Part shown: positions 38,236 to 46,614 of the stretch, one piece after another | Layout of the letters: each line of letters begins with the position of its first letter | Numbering within the stretch: position 1 is the first letter of the stretch | NCBI GenBank assembly: GCA_046046005.1 | Contig: JBJOKQ010000002.1 | Coordinates: 1-56,554, forward strand | Length of the DNA stretch: 56,554 nt | Source of the DNA: Bacteroidota bacterium | Lineage (GTDB): Bacteria > Bacteroidota > Bacteroidia > Palsa-965 | Reading direction: 5' to 3' | Made by a program: the position numbers and the translations under genes | The notes under the pieces: model-generated | Database searches by the model: none | Told to the model about the DNA's origin: nothing | Seen by the model: only the letters and a program-made list of their open reading frames with translations

Positions 38236-39519
38236 ATGAAAACAGCACTGAAAATGATTATTGCATTAAACGTAACAGCAATTGCAGCAGCCGCACAGAA
38301 TCTTGTTCCGAATCCGGGATTTGAGAATCTGAAGGAGATCCCATGTAATCCAATGTTCGGCGATATGAGCGCATTCATTAGCGATTGGAAACAAGGTTCG
38401 CAAGGGACAGCTGATATTTTAAGCCGACGTGCAACTACTACTTGCTACGCTAATACAAATTCCACTAGCGGCATGAGTATCGGGAATGAAAATCCGCATG
38501 GAGGCGACAATATGGGAATGATCATGACTTCCGTTCGGCAGGATTATAGGGAATACCTGGGAGCGGTATTTTCACAACCGCTCGTTCCCGGCAAACGATA
38601 TTACGCCGAAGTGTACGTTACTCTTGCCGATCGTTCCGGATTCGGAACCAACAATATCGGTTTCCTTTTTCGCACAGGAGAATTTAAAACCGCTTCGGGT
38701 TATCAAATCATCGGGAAGCCGCAAATAAACAACACTGAAATAATCACTACGATGAACGGTTGGGTGAAGGTCAGCGGAACATTTACTGCTTCGGAAGCCT
38801 ATACGCACTTTGTCATCGGCAACTTTCTGCCGGAAGCAGATACTAAAAAACAAATCATTAAGGCGGGCAATACAGATCTGTATCACGATCACAGTGCTTA
38901 TTACATTGACGATGTCTGCATCAGACCTGCAGGCAATCTCACAGCGACCGGAGATTCCATTGTTGCCATTGGAGCAACTGCCACATTCACTGCATCAGGT
39001 GCGAATACGTATAAATGGGTTGATGTAAGCAATCCGAATGTTGTAATCTGCACTGACGCGGTGCTCAAAATCAAAGTGAGCAGAAAGACTACGTTCCGTG
39101 TAAAGAGCGGCGATGATTACATCGACCTCACTGTTAACGTGCGCAAAACTATGCCGGCATATACCGAATCCATCAACGGCAGAAAAGTCCGCAAAGGAAG
39201 AAACGTAATTGTGCATCACGAAGAGATTGAAATTCAAGTACACGATAAAAATGAAATCGACGGAGACAGTATTGCACTTTACTACGGCGATTCTCTCGTA
39301 GCACAGCATGTTTCATTGGGGAAACGCAAACAAACATTCACGATTAAAGTGGATAAAGACATGCCGCGACAACTGATACTTTATGCTGAAAATCTGGGAA
39401 GCGTACCGCCAAATACCGCAGCTCTCACCATCAAAGATGGCCGCGATACAACGGATGTTGTGCTGGGCTCCGATTTCAAGTTCTGCGATTCGGTGATGCT
39501 GACGTACAAAGAGGATTGA
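38236..39519 (+). CDS. Hypothetical exported protein (no T9SS CTD)
   Basis: The ORF is trimmed to ATG 38236 (MKTALKMIIALNVTAIAAAAQ). The N-terminal half begins NLVPNPGFEN, as carbohydrate-binding-module-like domains often do. Otherwise I do not recognise it. Confidence 0.7.
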   Translation: MKTALKMIIALNVTAIAAAAQNLVPNPGFENLKEIPCNPMFGDMSAFISDWKQGSQGTADILSRRATTTCYANTNSTSGMSIGNENPHGGDNMGMIMTSVRQDYREYLGAVFSQPLVPGKRYYAEVYVTLADRSGFGTNNIGFLFRTGEFKTASGYQIIGKPQINNTEIITTMNGWVKVSGTFTASEAYTHFVIGNFLPEADTKKQIIKAGNTDLYHDHSAYYIDDVCIRPAGNLTATGDSIVAIGATATFTASGANTYKWVDVSNPNVVICTDAVLKIKVSRKTTFRVKSGDDYIDLTVNVRKTMPAYTESINGRKVRKGRNVIVHHEEIEIQVHDKNEIDGDSIALYYGDSLVAQHVSLGKRKQTFTIKVDKDMPRQLILYAENLGSVPPNTAALTIKDGRDTTDVVLGSDFKFCDSVMLTYKED

Positions 39520-39537
39520 AGGACAGACATTAGACGG

Positions 39538-39651
39538 TAGACGTTAGACTTTAGAGGATTTGACTAAACGAGTTCGATTCGTACAAATAGTTCATTAACA
39601 ATAATGGGCAATTTGACCCGACACGAGCGCCCGTCTAAAGTCTAACGTCTA
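39538..39651. repeat. 18-bp perfect inverted repeat (TAGACGTTAGACTTTAGA / TCTAAAGTCTAACGTCTA) made of TAGACnn heptads and enclosing 78 bp
   Basis: Read directly from the sequence: the arms are at 39538-39555 and 39634-39651. Both arms sit inside longer runs of degenerate TAGAC(N2) heptads. It lies between convergent genes ending at 39519 (+) and 39663 (-). Confidence 0.85.
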
Positions 39652-39662
39652 AAGTCTGTAGT

Positions 39663-39905
39663 CTACTTCCACATCGCCTTCCACTCTCTGTAAAAGCCCA
39701 CGAGCTTTTTTCTGAAGAGAAGGAAGAGAAGGATGTAAGGCAATGCCATTAGATAAAGGATCGCCTGATTGATGCCGCCGGAAACCGGTATTCCGTCGCT
39801 GGAACCTGTTTCGGCTACTGCCTTGCACATGGCACACTGCGCATCGACGTTGGTGCTGAACAGCAGAACCGCGATGGACAACAGAATGATGTGCTTGAGT
39901 TTCAT
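39663..39905 (-). CDS. Small (80 aa) exported and membrane-anchored CxxC protein at the 3' end of the cox-accessory cluster
   Basis: The ORF is trimmed to ATG 39905: MKLKHIILLSIAVLLFSTNVDAQ / CAMCKAVAETGSSDGIPVSGGINQAILYLMALPYILLFLLFRKKL... It has a signal peptide, a CxxC directly at the predicted mature N-terminus, and a C-terminal TM helix. Confidence 0.6.
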   Translation of the reverse strand: MKLKHIILLSIAVLLFSTNVDAQCAMCKAVAETGSSDGIPVSGGINQAILYLMALPYILLFLLFRKKLVGFYREWKAMWK

Positions 39906-39955
39906 GGGTGTAAAGTTACGAAGGTTTATTTCGCAACGCATGACTTTTAACAGTT

Positions 39956-40540
39956 TTACCGGTAATACGGCGAAATCATCAGATACACAATCGGGCCGGT
40001 TACGCTGACAAAAAACCAAATGGGCCAGGTAATTTTCCCGAGTTTTTTGTGGCGCGGAAACTCCGATGTCATTCCACGATAAGCGGTGAACAGAATGAAT
40101 GGCAGAATGATTGCCGCGAGGAAAATATGCGCAATCAGGATGAGCAGATAAAGTGTGCGTGTTCCTGCAACGGCTGCTTTTTCGGCGTCGTCAAGTACAC
40201 CATTGAAATCTGAATCGCCGTACACTGTGTCGCCGCTAAGCAAATGATGCGTGATGTATGAAACGAGAAAAAGGATGGACAATACCATCGCATACATCAT
40301 GGTCTTCTTGTGCGCTTCGTATTTTCCTTGCTTAACCAATAAAAGTGCGGCAACAAGCAGAATAGCAACGAGCGAATTGATCACCGCATTCACCGCAGCG
40401 AAAATGTGGACGTCAAATCCTGCGTTGATTTCCAGTTTGATCTTGCCCAAAGCAACAACAACTGCGAAAACAACAAATGAAAAAATTCCGATCAACCATC
40501 CGGCTTTACGATCGTTTTTGGCAATACTCGGCTGTAACAT
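39956..40540 (-). CDS. DUF420 family membrane protein (CtaM-like oxidase assembly factor)
   Basis: It is a four-TM protein of 194 aa. The pattern KAGWLIGIFSFVVFAVVV...HKKTMMYAMVLSILFLVSYITHH and the genomic context are typical of DUF420. Confidence 0.75.
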   Translation of the reverse strand: MLQPSIAKNDRKAGWLIGIFSFVVFAVVVALGKIKLEINAGFDVHIFAAVNAVINSLVAILLVAALLLVKQGKYEAHKKTMMYAMVLSILFLVSYITHHLLSGDTVYGDSDFNGVLDDAEKAAVAGTRTLYLLILIAHIFLAAIILPFILFTAYRGMTSEFPRHKKLGKITWPIWFFVSVTGPIVYLMISPYYR

Positions 40541-40548
40541 GTAGCGTG

Positions 40549-41193
40549 TTATTTAGAGAGTGTGTGAATGTCCTCAATCAGTAAACGCACCTGAGCGGTA
40601 TCCGTTCCGGTGTAATATCCGCGAATGATTCCTTCTCGGTCGATCAAAGTGATGTAATCACTGTGAATGAAATCTTCTTCTCCTCCATCACCTTCCTCAA
40701 TCGCAGGCAAACGCAACTGATAACGTACATAATCGTAAATCAGTTTCTTATCACCTGTAAGCAGATTCCATTGCAGTGAATCGCATTTAAAGCGTTTTGA
40801 ATACGCGTGCAACGCACTTACACTGTCGCGCGCCGGATCAACGCTCAGTGAAAACAGCTTGACGTTTTCGTTGCCGGCAAATGCTTTTTGTACAGCAGTC
40901 ATGTTTCCGGAAATAACCGGACAAATTCCTTCGCATGATGTGAAGAACAACTGCACAACAGAAATTTTTCCGTTAGCGATTGAAGTGGAAATAGTATCGC
41001 CGTATTGGTTGACTAACTCAACAGCCGGCACTTTATGAAAAACAGTATCTCCGTTTTGATCAGGCTCGCCGTAATATTTCGCAAGTCGCGGAATTCCCTG
41101 CATGCTGAATTCCTCTTTCGGAATTTCAGTCGGTCCGCAGGAAGACAACATTGTAACCGCGATTACAATCAGCGCTCCGAATACACTTTTCAT
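40549..41193 (-). CDS. SCO family copper chaperone (Sco1/SenC)
   Basis: It has a lipoprotein-like N-terminus (MLSSCGP). The copper motif is FFTSCEGICPV (CxxxC), with a downstream conserved His (FIHSDYITLID). Confidence 0.85.
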   Translation of the reverse strand: MKSVFGALIVIAVTMLSSCGPTEIPKEEFSMQGIPRLAKYYGEPDQNGDTVFHKVPAVELVNQYGDTISTSIANGKISVVQLFFTSCEGICPVISGNMTAVQKAFAGNENVKLFSLSVDPARDSVSALHAYSKRFKCDSLQWNLLTGDKKLIYDYVRYQLRLPAIEEGDGGEEDFIHSDYITLIDREGIIRGYYTGTDTAQVRLLIEDIHTLSK

Positions 41194-41888
41194 CGTTTCT
41201 GCTCTACAGTTGATTCTTCCAGTGTCTGCACGCCTTCATCGCGTACCAGAACGTGCTTCACATCTTCTTTCATCTTGCGTACATCAGCAGCGTATCGGAT
41301 ATTATAGTAACCGCGGATACGACCCAAACGATCGATCAGCACGGCATCTGTTGTGGTTTGCCATGGATCTTTCCTTCTCGATGGATCGATTACATAGTAA
41401 CACTGAGTTTTCAATGAATCAAACTGCGCAGGCGGCATAAATACCGTGTAAGCTGTGTCAACACCCAACTTCATTTCCTTTGCCATATCCGGTGCATTCG
41501 CAGGGACGTTTCCGGCAGAATCCGTTTGCAGAAAAAACACGAAGCGTGAATAGTTGTACGAATTTCTGTTGAGCTTGATGTCTTCAGCAAGAATAGCGAG
41601 CATCGTTCTTACACTATCCGGTGGTAAAAACACTGCGATATATAAGCGACCATCAAGTTTTCCTTCTGATGAAAATGACAAGCCTCCCGTTGTTAAACAA
41701 CGGAAGGCCGGTATTTTATAATAAGAAGTATCGTTAACGGTTTTTCCGCATTTATTGTCTACACGTTGAATTACTTCACGTGGACCGAAAATCGGAGCGC
41801 GCATTACTTTCGGCGTTCCCAGAGCAAAGAAAATATAGATAAGCCCCGGGAAAAATAATAAAGCCGACAGCAGCGCTGCTTTTTTCAT
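41190..41888 (-). CDS. SCO-like/thioredoxin-fold-like membrane-anchored protein lacking the CxxxC copper site
   Basis: It overlaps the SCO start by 4 nt (ATGA). It has an N-terminal TM helix. Where SCO has FFTSCEGICP, this protein reads IAVFLPPDSVRTMLAIL. The C-terminal LIDRLGRIRGYYN parallels the SCO sequence LIDREGIIRGYYT. Confidence 0.65.
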   Translation of the reverse strand: MKKAALLSALLFFPGLIYIFFALGTPKVMRAPIFGPREVIQRVDNKCGKTVNDTSYYKIPAFRCLTTGGLSFSSEGKLDGRLYIAVFLPPDSVRTMLAILAEDIKLNRNSYNYSRFVFFLQTDSAGNVPANAPDMAKEMKLGVDTAYTVFMPPAQFDSLKTQCYYVIDPSRRKDPWQTTTDAVLIDRLGRIRGYYNIRYAADVRKMKEDVKHVLVRDEGVQTLEESTVEQKR

Positions 41889-42311
41889 TTAGTGATGTTG
41901 TTCCGCTCCGTGCGCCTGTTCTGTTGGTTCCGAATCTCCGGGACCATTCAGACGGTGTTTGTGCACATAATTCCCTTCGCCCAATGTCATCATCACAAAC
42001 AAGTAAAGAATGAAAACAGTGTAAGGAGCAAGGATCACCCACTTTGTCCACTTGCTTTCATCTTTAAGGTGCATGAACACCATTACAATGTAAGCGGCTT
42101 TCACGAGAGTGAGTGAAATGAAAGTTACTTTCAGAATTGTTTTGCTCAAGCCCCAATCAGCAGCGTAAAGACCAACAATAACTTCGAAGATCGTTACACC
42201 AAGGAGTAACCAGAATACATTCCAGAGTTTGCGACGGATTTTCTTACCAGTAGCTTCATCATGATGAGCTGATCTTTCGTAATCCGGATATACATCGTGA
42301 AAATCTGACAT
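41889..42311 (-). CDS. Cytochrome c oxidase subunit IV family protein
   Basis: The ORF is trimmed to ATG 42311 (MSDFHDVYPDYERSAHHDEATGKKIRRKLWNVFWLLLGVTIFEV). It has three TM helices, as in prokaryotic COX4 family members. Confidence 0.75.
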   Translation of the reverse strand: MSDFHDVYPDYERSAHHDEATGKKIRRKLWNVFWLLLGVTIFEVIVGLYAADWGLSKTILKVTFISLTLVKAAYIVMVFMHLKDESKWTKWVILAPYTVFILYLFVMMTLGEGNYVHKHRLNGPGDSEPTEQAHGAEQHH

Positions 42312-42343
42312 ATGAATAGAGTGTTTTAAAGTTCTTAGATGAA

Positions 42344-43162
42344 TTACAGAAGGTAGAAGAACGTGAATACGAATACCCACACCAAGTCAACGAAGTGCCA
42401 GTACAAACCAACTTTCTCAACCATTTCGTAGTGACCGACGCGTTCCATATAACCGTTGAGAGCCATCAAGAAAATAACCAGGTTAATGATTACTCCGGAG
42501 AATACGTGGAATCCGTGGAATCCTGTAATGAAGAAGAAGAAATCAGCGAACGCAATGTGACCGTATTCGTTGTGCTGAAGATTTGCACCGTGGAATTTTT
42601 CTCCTTGTGCAATAACAGTCGCGGATTGTTCTTTCGAAAGTTCTGTTCCGTGAAGAACAAGAACATCCATAATCGGTTTGTGTGTAGCGTGATCAACTTT
42701 GTAGAGATACATCTCCTGCTTGTAAAGTACAGCACCTTCGTCAGAACCTTTGATGAAGTTATACCACTCCCAAGCCTGCGATCCAACGAACATTAAACCA
42801 CCGATAATCGTGAGGAACATCCAGATGAGAACGCCTTTTCTGTAATTACGATGACCGGCTTCAACGGCAAGTACCATTGTTACAGAAGACATGATGAGGA
42901 TGAACGTCATCAAACCTACATACATCAATGGCAAATGCATTCCGTGAAGGAACGGGAAGTGATGGAATACCGCTTGCGGATCAGGCCATTCACCTGCGAA
43001 GTTGTGGCGGAAGAATCCGTATGCACAGAGGAAACCTGAGAATGTCAGGGCATCTGATACAAGGAAAAACCACATGAAAAGTTTACCGTAGCTGGCGCGC
43101 ATTGGTGAGGACTGTCCGTCCCATGATGCTTGCTTGTCGAGTTCTGCAGTAGAGCCTGCCAT
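42344..43162 (-). CDS. Cytochrome c oxidase subunit III
   Basis: The blocks FFFFITGFHGFHVFSGV and VGLYWHFVDLVWVFVF are hallmark subunit III motifs. Confidence 0.85.
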   Translation of the reverse strand: MAGSTAELDKQASWDGQSSPMRASYGKLFMWFFLVSDALTFSGFLCAYGFFRHNFAGEWPDPQAVFHHFPFLHGMHLPLMYVGLMTFILIMSSVTMVLAVEAGHRNYRKGVLIWMFLTIIGGLMFVGSQAWEWYNFIKGSDEGAVLYKQEMYLYKVDHATHKPIMDVLVLHGTELSKEQSATVIAQGEKFHGANLQHNEYGHIAFADFFFFITGFHGFHVFSGVIINLVIFLMALNGYMERVGHYEMVEKVGLYWHFVDLVWVFVFTFFYLL

Positions 43163-43235
43163 AAGCGTATTGAATGTTAATTGGTTGTCGTAATTACGTA
43201 GCGTCCCGTAAGCATATCGGAACAGCGGTGCAAGT

Positions 43236-43835
43236 TTACTTAAAAATGGTTAAAAACAGGAACAAATATATCCATAAACCATCGAGAAAATGCCAATAAA
43301 TGGATGTTAGTTTCACACCGTGAACATTTCCGGAGTGGTATTTACCCCTGAATCCCTTAATTGTGGTGATCAATAACGAAATCAGACCGCCAAAAAGGTG
43401 AAGGAGGTGAATGCCCGAAAGTGCATAGATGAACGACCCGGAAATCAATGCGCCCTGACCTTCAGGAGGCGAAAAGAAAATACCGTAGGCAACAAGTGCT
43501 TTCCACCCCAGCCACTGGAATAATGCGAACAATCCGCCAAGAATTACAGTACTGAGCATCAACATGTTGCCCATGGATTTTTTATCTGATCCGTAGGCCC
43601 ATTGTGCCCCGATCAACGCCAAACTGCTGAGTAGAATAATTGCCGTACTGATCCAGAACTCTGAAGGCATGTTTACACTGAACCATGCTCCACCATCACG
43701 ACGCACTACATAAGCGCTGGTCAATCCTCCGAAAAGCATTGTGATACTGAACACGCCCAGACGAACCAGATTGCGTTCTGCTTTCTCTTTGATTTGGCGT
43801 TGTTCGTTTACCGATTCCATTGTCATTGTTGCCAT
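43236..43835 (-). CDS. Cytochrome c oxidase subunit III-like protein (second copy, short form)
   Basis: Motifs GIHLLHLFGGLISL and TSIYWHFLDGLWIYLFLFL are present, with about five TM helices. Confidence 0.8.
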   Translation of the reverse strand: MATMTMESVNEQRQIKEKAERNLVRLGVFSITMLFGGLTSAYVVRRDGGAWFSVNMPSEFWISTAIILLSSLALIGAQWAYGSDKKSMGNMLMLSTVILGGLFALFQWLGWKALVAYGIFFSPPEGQGALISGSFIYALSGIHLLHLFGGLISLLITTIKGFRGKYHSGNVHGVKLTSIYWHFLDGLWIYLFLFLTIFK

Positions 43836-43841
43836 AATTTT

Positions 43842-44708
43842 CTATCCGAATAAATATGCGAGCTGCACAACCGGCAGATAAATGAATGATCCGAACATGA
43901 GTCGGGAAGCATCCTTGATTTCAAGTGAACTGTACAATTTCCACGCTTGGTAAAGGAACATGATTCCGCATACAAGCACAACAGAAATACCTATGATTCC
44001 GGTCATTCCGAACAACAATGGAAGCATACTGATCGGAAGAAGAAATAATGTGTAAACGAGAATCTGAAAAGCGCTTGATTTGTCACGCTCTTTCGATGGA
44101 AGTAAGCGGAAGCCTGCGTTTTTGTAATCATCATCCACAACCCAAGCAATTGCCCAGAAGTGCGGGAATTGCCACATGAACTGAACAGCGAAAAGCAATA
44201 ATGCGTTGGTTCCAACGAAACCGAATCCGTCAGTTGCCGCAACCCAGCCCAACATGGCAGGAACCGCTCCCGGAAATGCGCCAACGAATACTGCGAAAGG
44301 TGTTACGCGCTTCAAGGGTGTGTAAGCGAAAACATAAAGTACCAAAGCGGTTGCGCTGAGAATAGCACTCAATGGATTGACAAATACGTGCAGAAAAACA
44401 ATTCCGGTAATTCCCATCAGTGATGCGAGAATCATTCCTTCCGTAACACTCATTTTCCCTGTAGGAACAGGACGATTCATTGTACGCGGCATCAGTTTGT
44501 CGTATTCACGTTCAATGATCTGGTTGAAACCGTTAGATGCACCCGTTACAAAGAACCCTCCAAGGAACAGCATGATCATCCGAAGCCAATCAACTGAAGT
44601 GCCGAGTTCTTCAATGGCAATTACGTATCCGATTATTGCAGAGAAAACTACCAACGAGGCAAGTCTCAACTTTGCGAACTGAGCATATGAGGACATCTTA
44701 CCTTTCAT
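43842..44708 (-). CDS. cyoE: Heme O synthase (protoheme IX farnesyltransferase)
   Basis: It belongs to the UbiA superfamily: NQIIEREYDKLMPRTMNRPVPTG and a second Asp-rich region WVVDDDYKNAGF. The start is uncertain: ATG 44708 is chosen, and the track's GTG at 44750 is also possible. Confidence 0.85.
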   Translation of the reverse strand: MKGKMSSYAQFAKLRLASLVVFSAIIGYVIAIEELGTSVDWLRMIMLFLGGFFVTGASNGFNQIIEREYDKLMPRTMNRPVPTGKMSVTEGMILASLMGITGIVFLHVFVNPLSAILSATALVLYVFAYTPLKRVTPFAVFVGAFPGAVPAMLGWVAATDGFGFVGTNALLLFAVQFMWQFPHFWAIAWVVDDDYKNAGFRLLPSKERDKSSAFQILVYTLFLLPISMLPLLFGMTGIIGISVVLVCGIMFLYQAWKLYSSLEIKDASRLMFGSFIYLPVVQLAYLFG

Positions 44709-44829
44709 TCCGGCTTGCTTCTGTATAGTATGTGCTTCGGCGTTCTGCACTGGTTTTCTGCGTGCGCAAAGTTACTCACTCAGGGTGATACGTGGTTCTG
44801 AATACCGAACAAATTCGCAGAAGAAAACA

Positions 44830-44896
44830 GGGTGTTGGAAGAATTTCAGGGCTTCAACCCTCAAAGGGTTAACACCCTCCAAGGGTCCGGACCCTT
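44830..44896 (-). terminator. Compound hairpin region downstream of the wzi-like gene
   Basis: AAGGGTCCGGACCCTT (44881-44896) is a 16-bp perfect palindrome. AACCCT-CAA-AGGGTT (44856-44870) is nested inside GGGTGTT (44830-44836) / AACACCC (44871-44877). On the minus strand a U-rich tract (UGUUUUCUU) follows. Confidence 0.6.
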
Positions 44897-44901
44897 CAGT
44901 T

Positions 44902-46614
44902 CTAGTAATCTGCGTGTGTGCGCCAGAGCGGCAGACTGAATCCGGCCATAACGAAAGATGATTTCATAGAACGCAAATTACCCGTACGTTCCGAACGCGC
45001 AATGGCAGTAAGTGAAATCCGCAAAGGGAATTTTGTATTGAATGTATATGCCGCATTTAACTCGGCAAGGAAAACATTTGTGGCGAAGCCCTGAAAAAGT
45101 TTATTGCCGTAATCATTTTCACGGGTCATGTACGATACAAATACGTTCTGCCCGTAATTGGTACCTGTTGTATCGCGGCCATAACGCATACCAACGAGTT
45201 TTCCTGATAAAGTGAAACCTTTGTTGTAGTATGCGAGTTTTCCGAACACTTCCATAAAATTCGCGCCCATCGGATGAGCTAAAGGCATTCCCGCGTTTGA
45301 ATAACTCTGTTGCGGACTTCCATGCGAATACGTGTACGGTCGCACAACATTTACTTCCGTTTGCATGAGTAAATTTTCCACCATCGCAAAGTTGTAACAC
45401 TTATAACCCATTTGAACGCCTTGCTTGTTTGCCCACCAACCGGCACCCCAGTTTTTAATTTCTTTCAGGAAAAATTCATCCAGAATTACCTGAGAATAAA
45501 AAACGTTGTTACGATTGAAACGGATCTTCACAGAAAATCCAAGCATGGCATTGTCTGAAGATCCTAAACTGTATTCCACAGGGCGGAAGAAAATCATCGG
45601 GTTGAGATAGTTCGGATCAAACCCACGCGAACGTGTTGAATCAGTTCCCTGCCACACCACACCTTCAAACACTCCGATGTTCAACCACTTTGCCGCATTG
45701 AAACTGATGTAATGCAATGAAGCAAACTTGTTGCGGAAATCGTTTTTGCTGCCGGTCGACATCGTCCAATCCTGCAACCAGGCGAATACTGATGTGTATT
45801 GCAACTTCCATATTGTAGTTTGCAATTTCGCATACGGAAATGCAGGACCGACATCAGATAGGAACAATGAACGGTGTCCGTCACCCCAAAAATGTTTGTC
45901 GCGCCCCAATTGAAAATTGAAAGCGGAATTCGGCCTCCAGATTACATTGCCTGAAAGATGTTGAAAGCTGTAACGATTACTATCGAGCATATAAGCACGA
46001 TCGCCCCAACCCGGAACAATCATGTTTGTGCGCGCAATGGAATCCTGATAATTCGGAAGTGTAACAAGTCCGGCAGCAAGACGAAGATCATACCCGAATT
46101 TCTGTTTGAAGTCGCCGCCGATTCGCACACCGCCTGTTGTGTTCAGCATTAAACCGGAAGATTTCAAGTTGTAACCGGCCTGCAGATCATAGATGGGTTG
46201 AATTCCGAATGAATTCCGTGGCAAATAGATTGCCGCGTCTATTTCTCCAGGTTTGGAATAAACGTTGGCATTACAATAACGAGCCGAAATCTTTGCAACG
46301 TCAACATCATTTATTACTTGCGAAGAATCGTTCAGCACATAATAGCTGCGTACATCGGTGTTAAGCAGCGGCTTCACGGAAGTATGTGCTATGGCCGGAG
46401 AGTACGACAATCTTCCATTCGTCTCCTGAACGCCTTTGGCTGTCTTCTGATTGAGAAATTTATCGATCTGAATTTGTTCGGATTCTGCTCCCAGAATAAG
46501 CTGTTGTGCGACGACTGTTCTTCCTTGAAGCAGTATGAAAATCGTCGTAAATAAAATGAGGCGAAGGCGACGAATCGCTGAGAAATAATAGCAGAACGAA
46601 AACGTTTTCCTCAT
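44902..46614 (-). CDS. Wzi-family-like / RemB-like outer-membrane protein (copy 1)
   Basis: It has a signal peptide. The block HFWGDGHRSLFLSDVGPAFPY resembles the conserved Wzi-type motif G-x-G-x-x-S-L-x-L-S-D, recalled from memory. The beta-barrel-like C-terminus ends in an aromatic residue (..RTHADY). Confidence 0.6.
   Translation of the reverse strand: MRKTFSFCYYFSAIRRLRLILFTTIFILLQGRTVVAQQLILGAESEQIQIDKFLNQKTAKGVQETNGRLSYSPAIAHTSVKPLLNTDVRSYYVLNDSSQVINDVDVAKISARYCNANVYSKPGEIDAAIYLPRNSFGIQPIYDLQAGYNLKSSGLMLNTTGGVRIGGDFKQKFGYDLRLAAGLVTLPNYQDSIARTNMIVPGWGDRAYMLDSNRYSFQHLSGNVIWRPNSAFNFQLGRDKHFWGDGHRSLFLSDVGPAFPYAKLQTTIWKLQYTSVFAWLQDWTMSTGSKNDFRNKFASLHYISFNAAKWLNIGVFEGVVWQGTDSTRSRGFDPNYLNPMIFFRPVEYSLGSSDNAMLGFSVKIRFNRNNVFYSQVILDEFFLKEIKNWGAGWWANKQGVQMGYKCYNFAMVENLLMQTEVNVVRPYTYSHGSPQQSYSNAGMPLAHPMGANFMEVFGKLAYYNKGFTLSGKLVGMRYGRDTTGTNYGQNVFVSYMTRENDYGNKLFQGFATNVFLAELNAAYTFNTKFPLRISLTAIARSERTGNLRSMKSSFVMAGFSLPLWRTHADY

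Noticed and set aside
39568-39590. GAGTTCGATTCG, resembling a tRNA T-arm
   Set aside because: The flanking bases do not form a T-stem, acceptor stem or anticodon arm. I could not fold a tRNA anywhere in the window.
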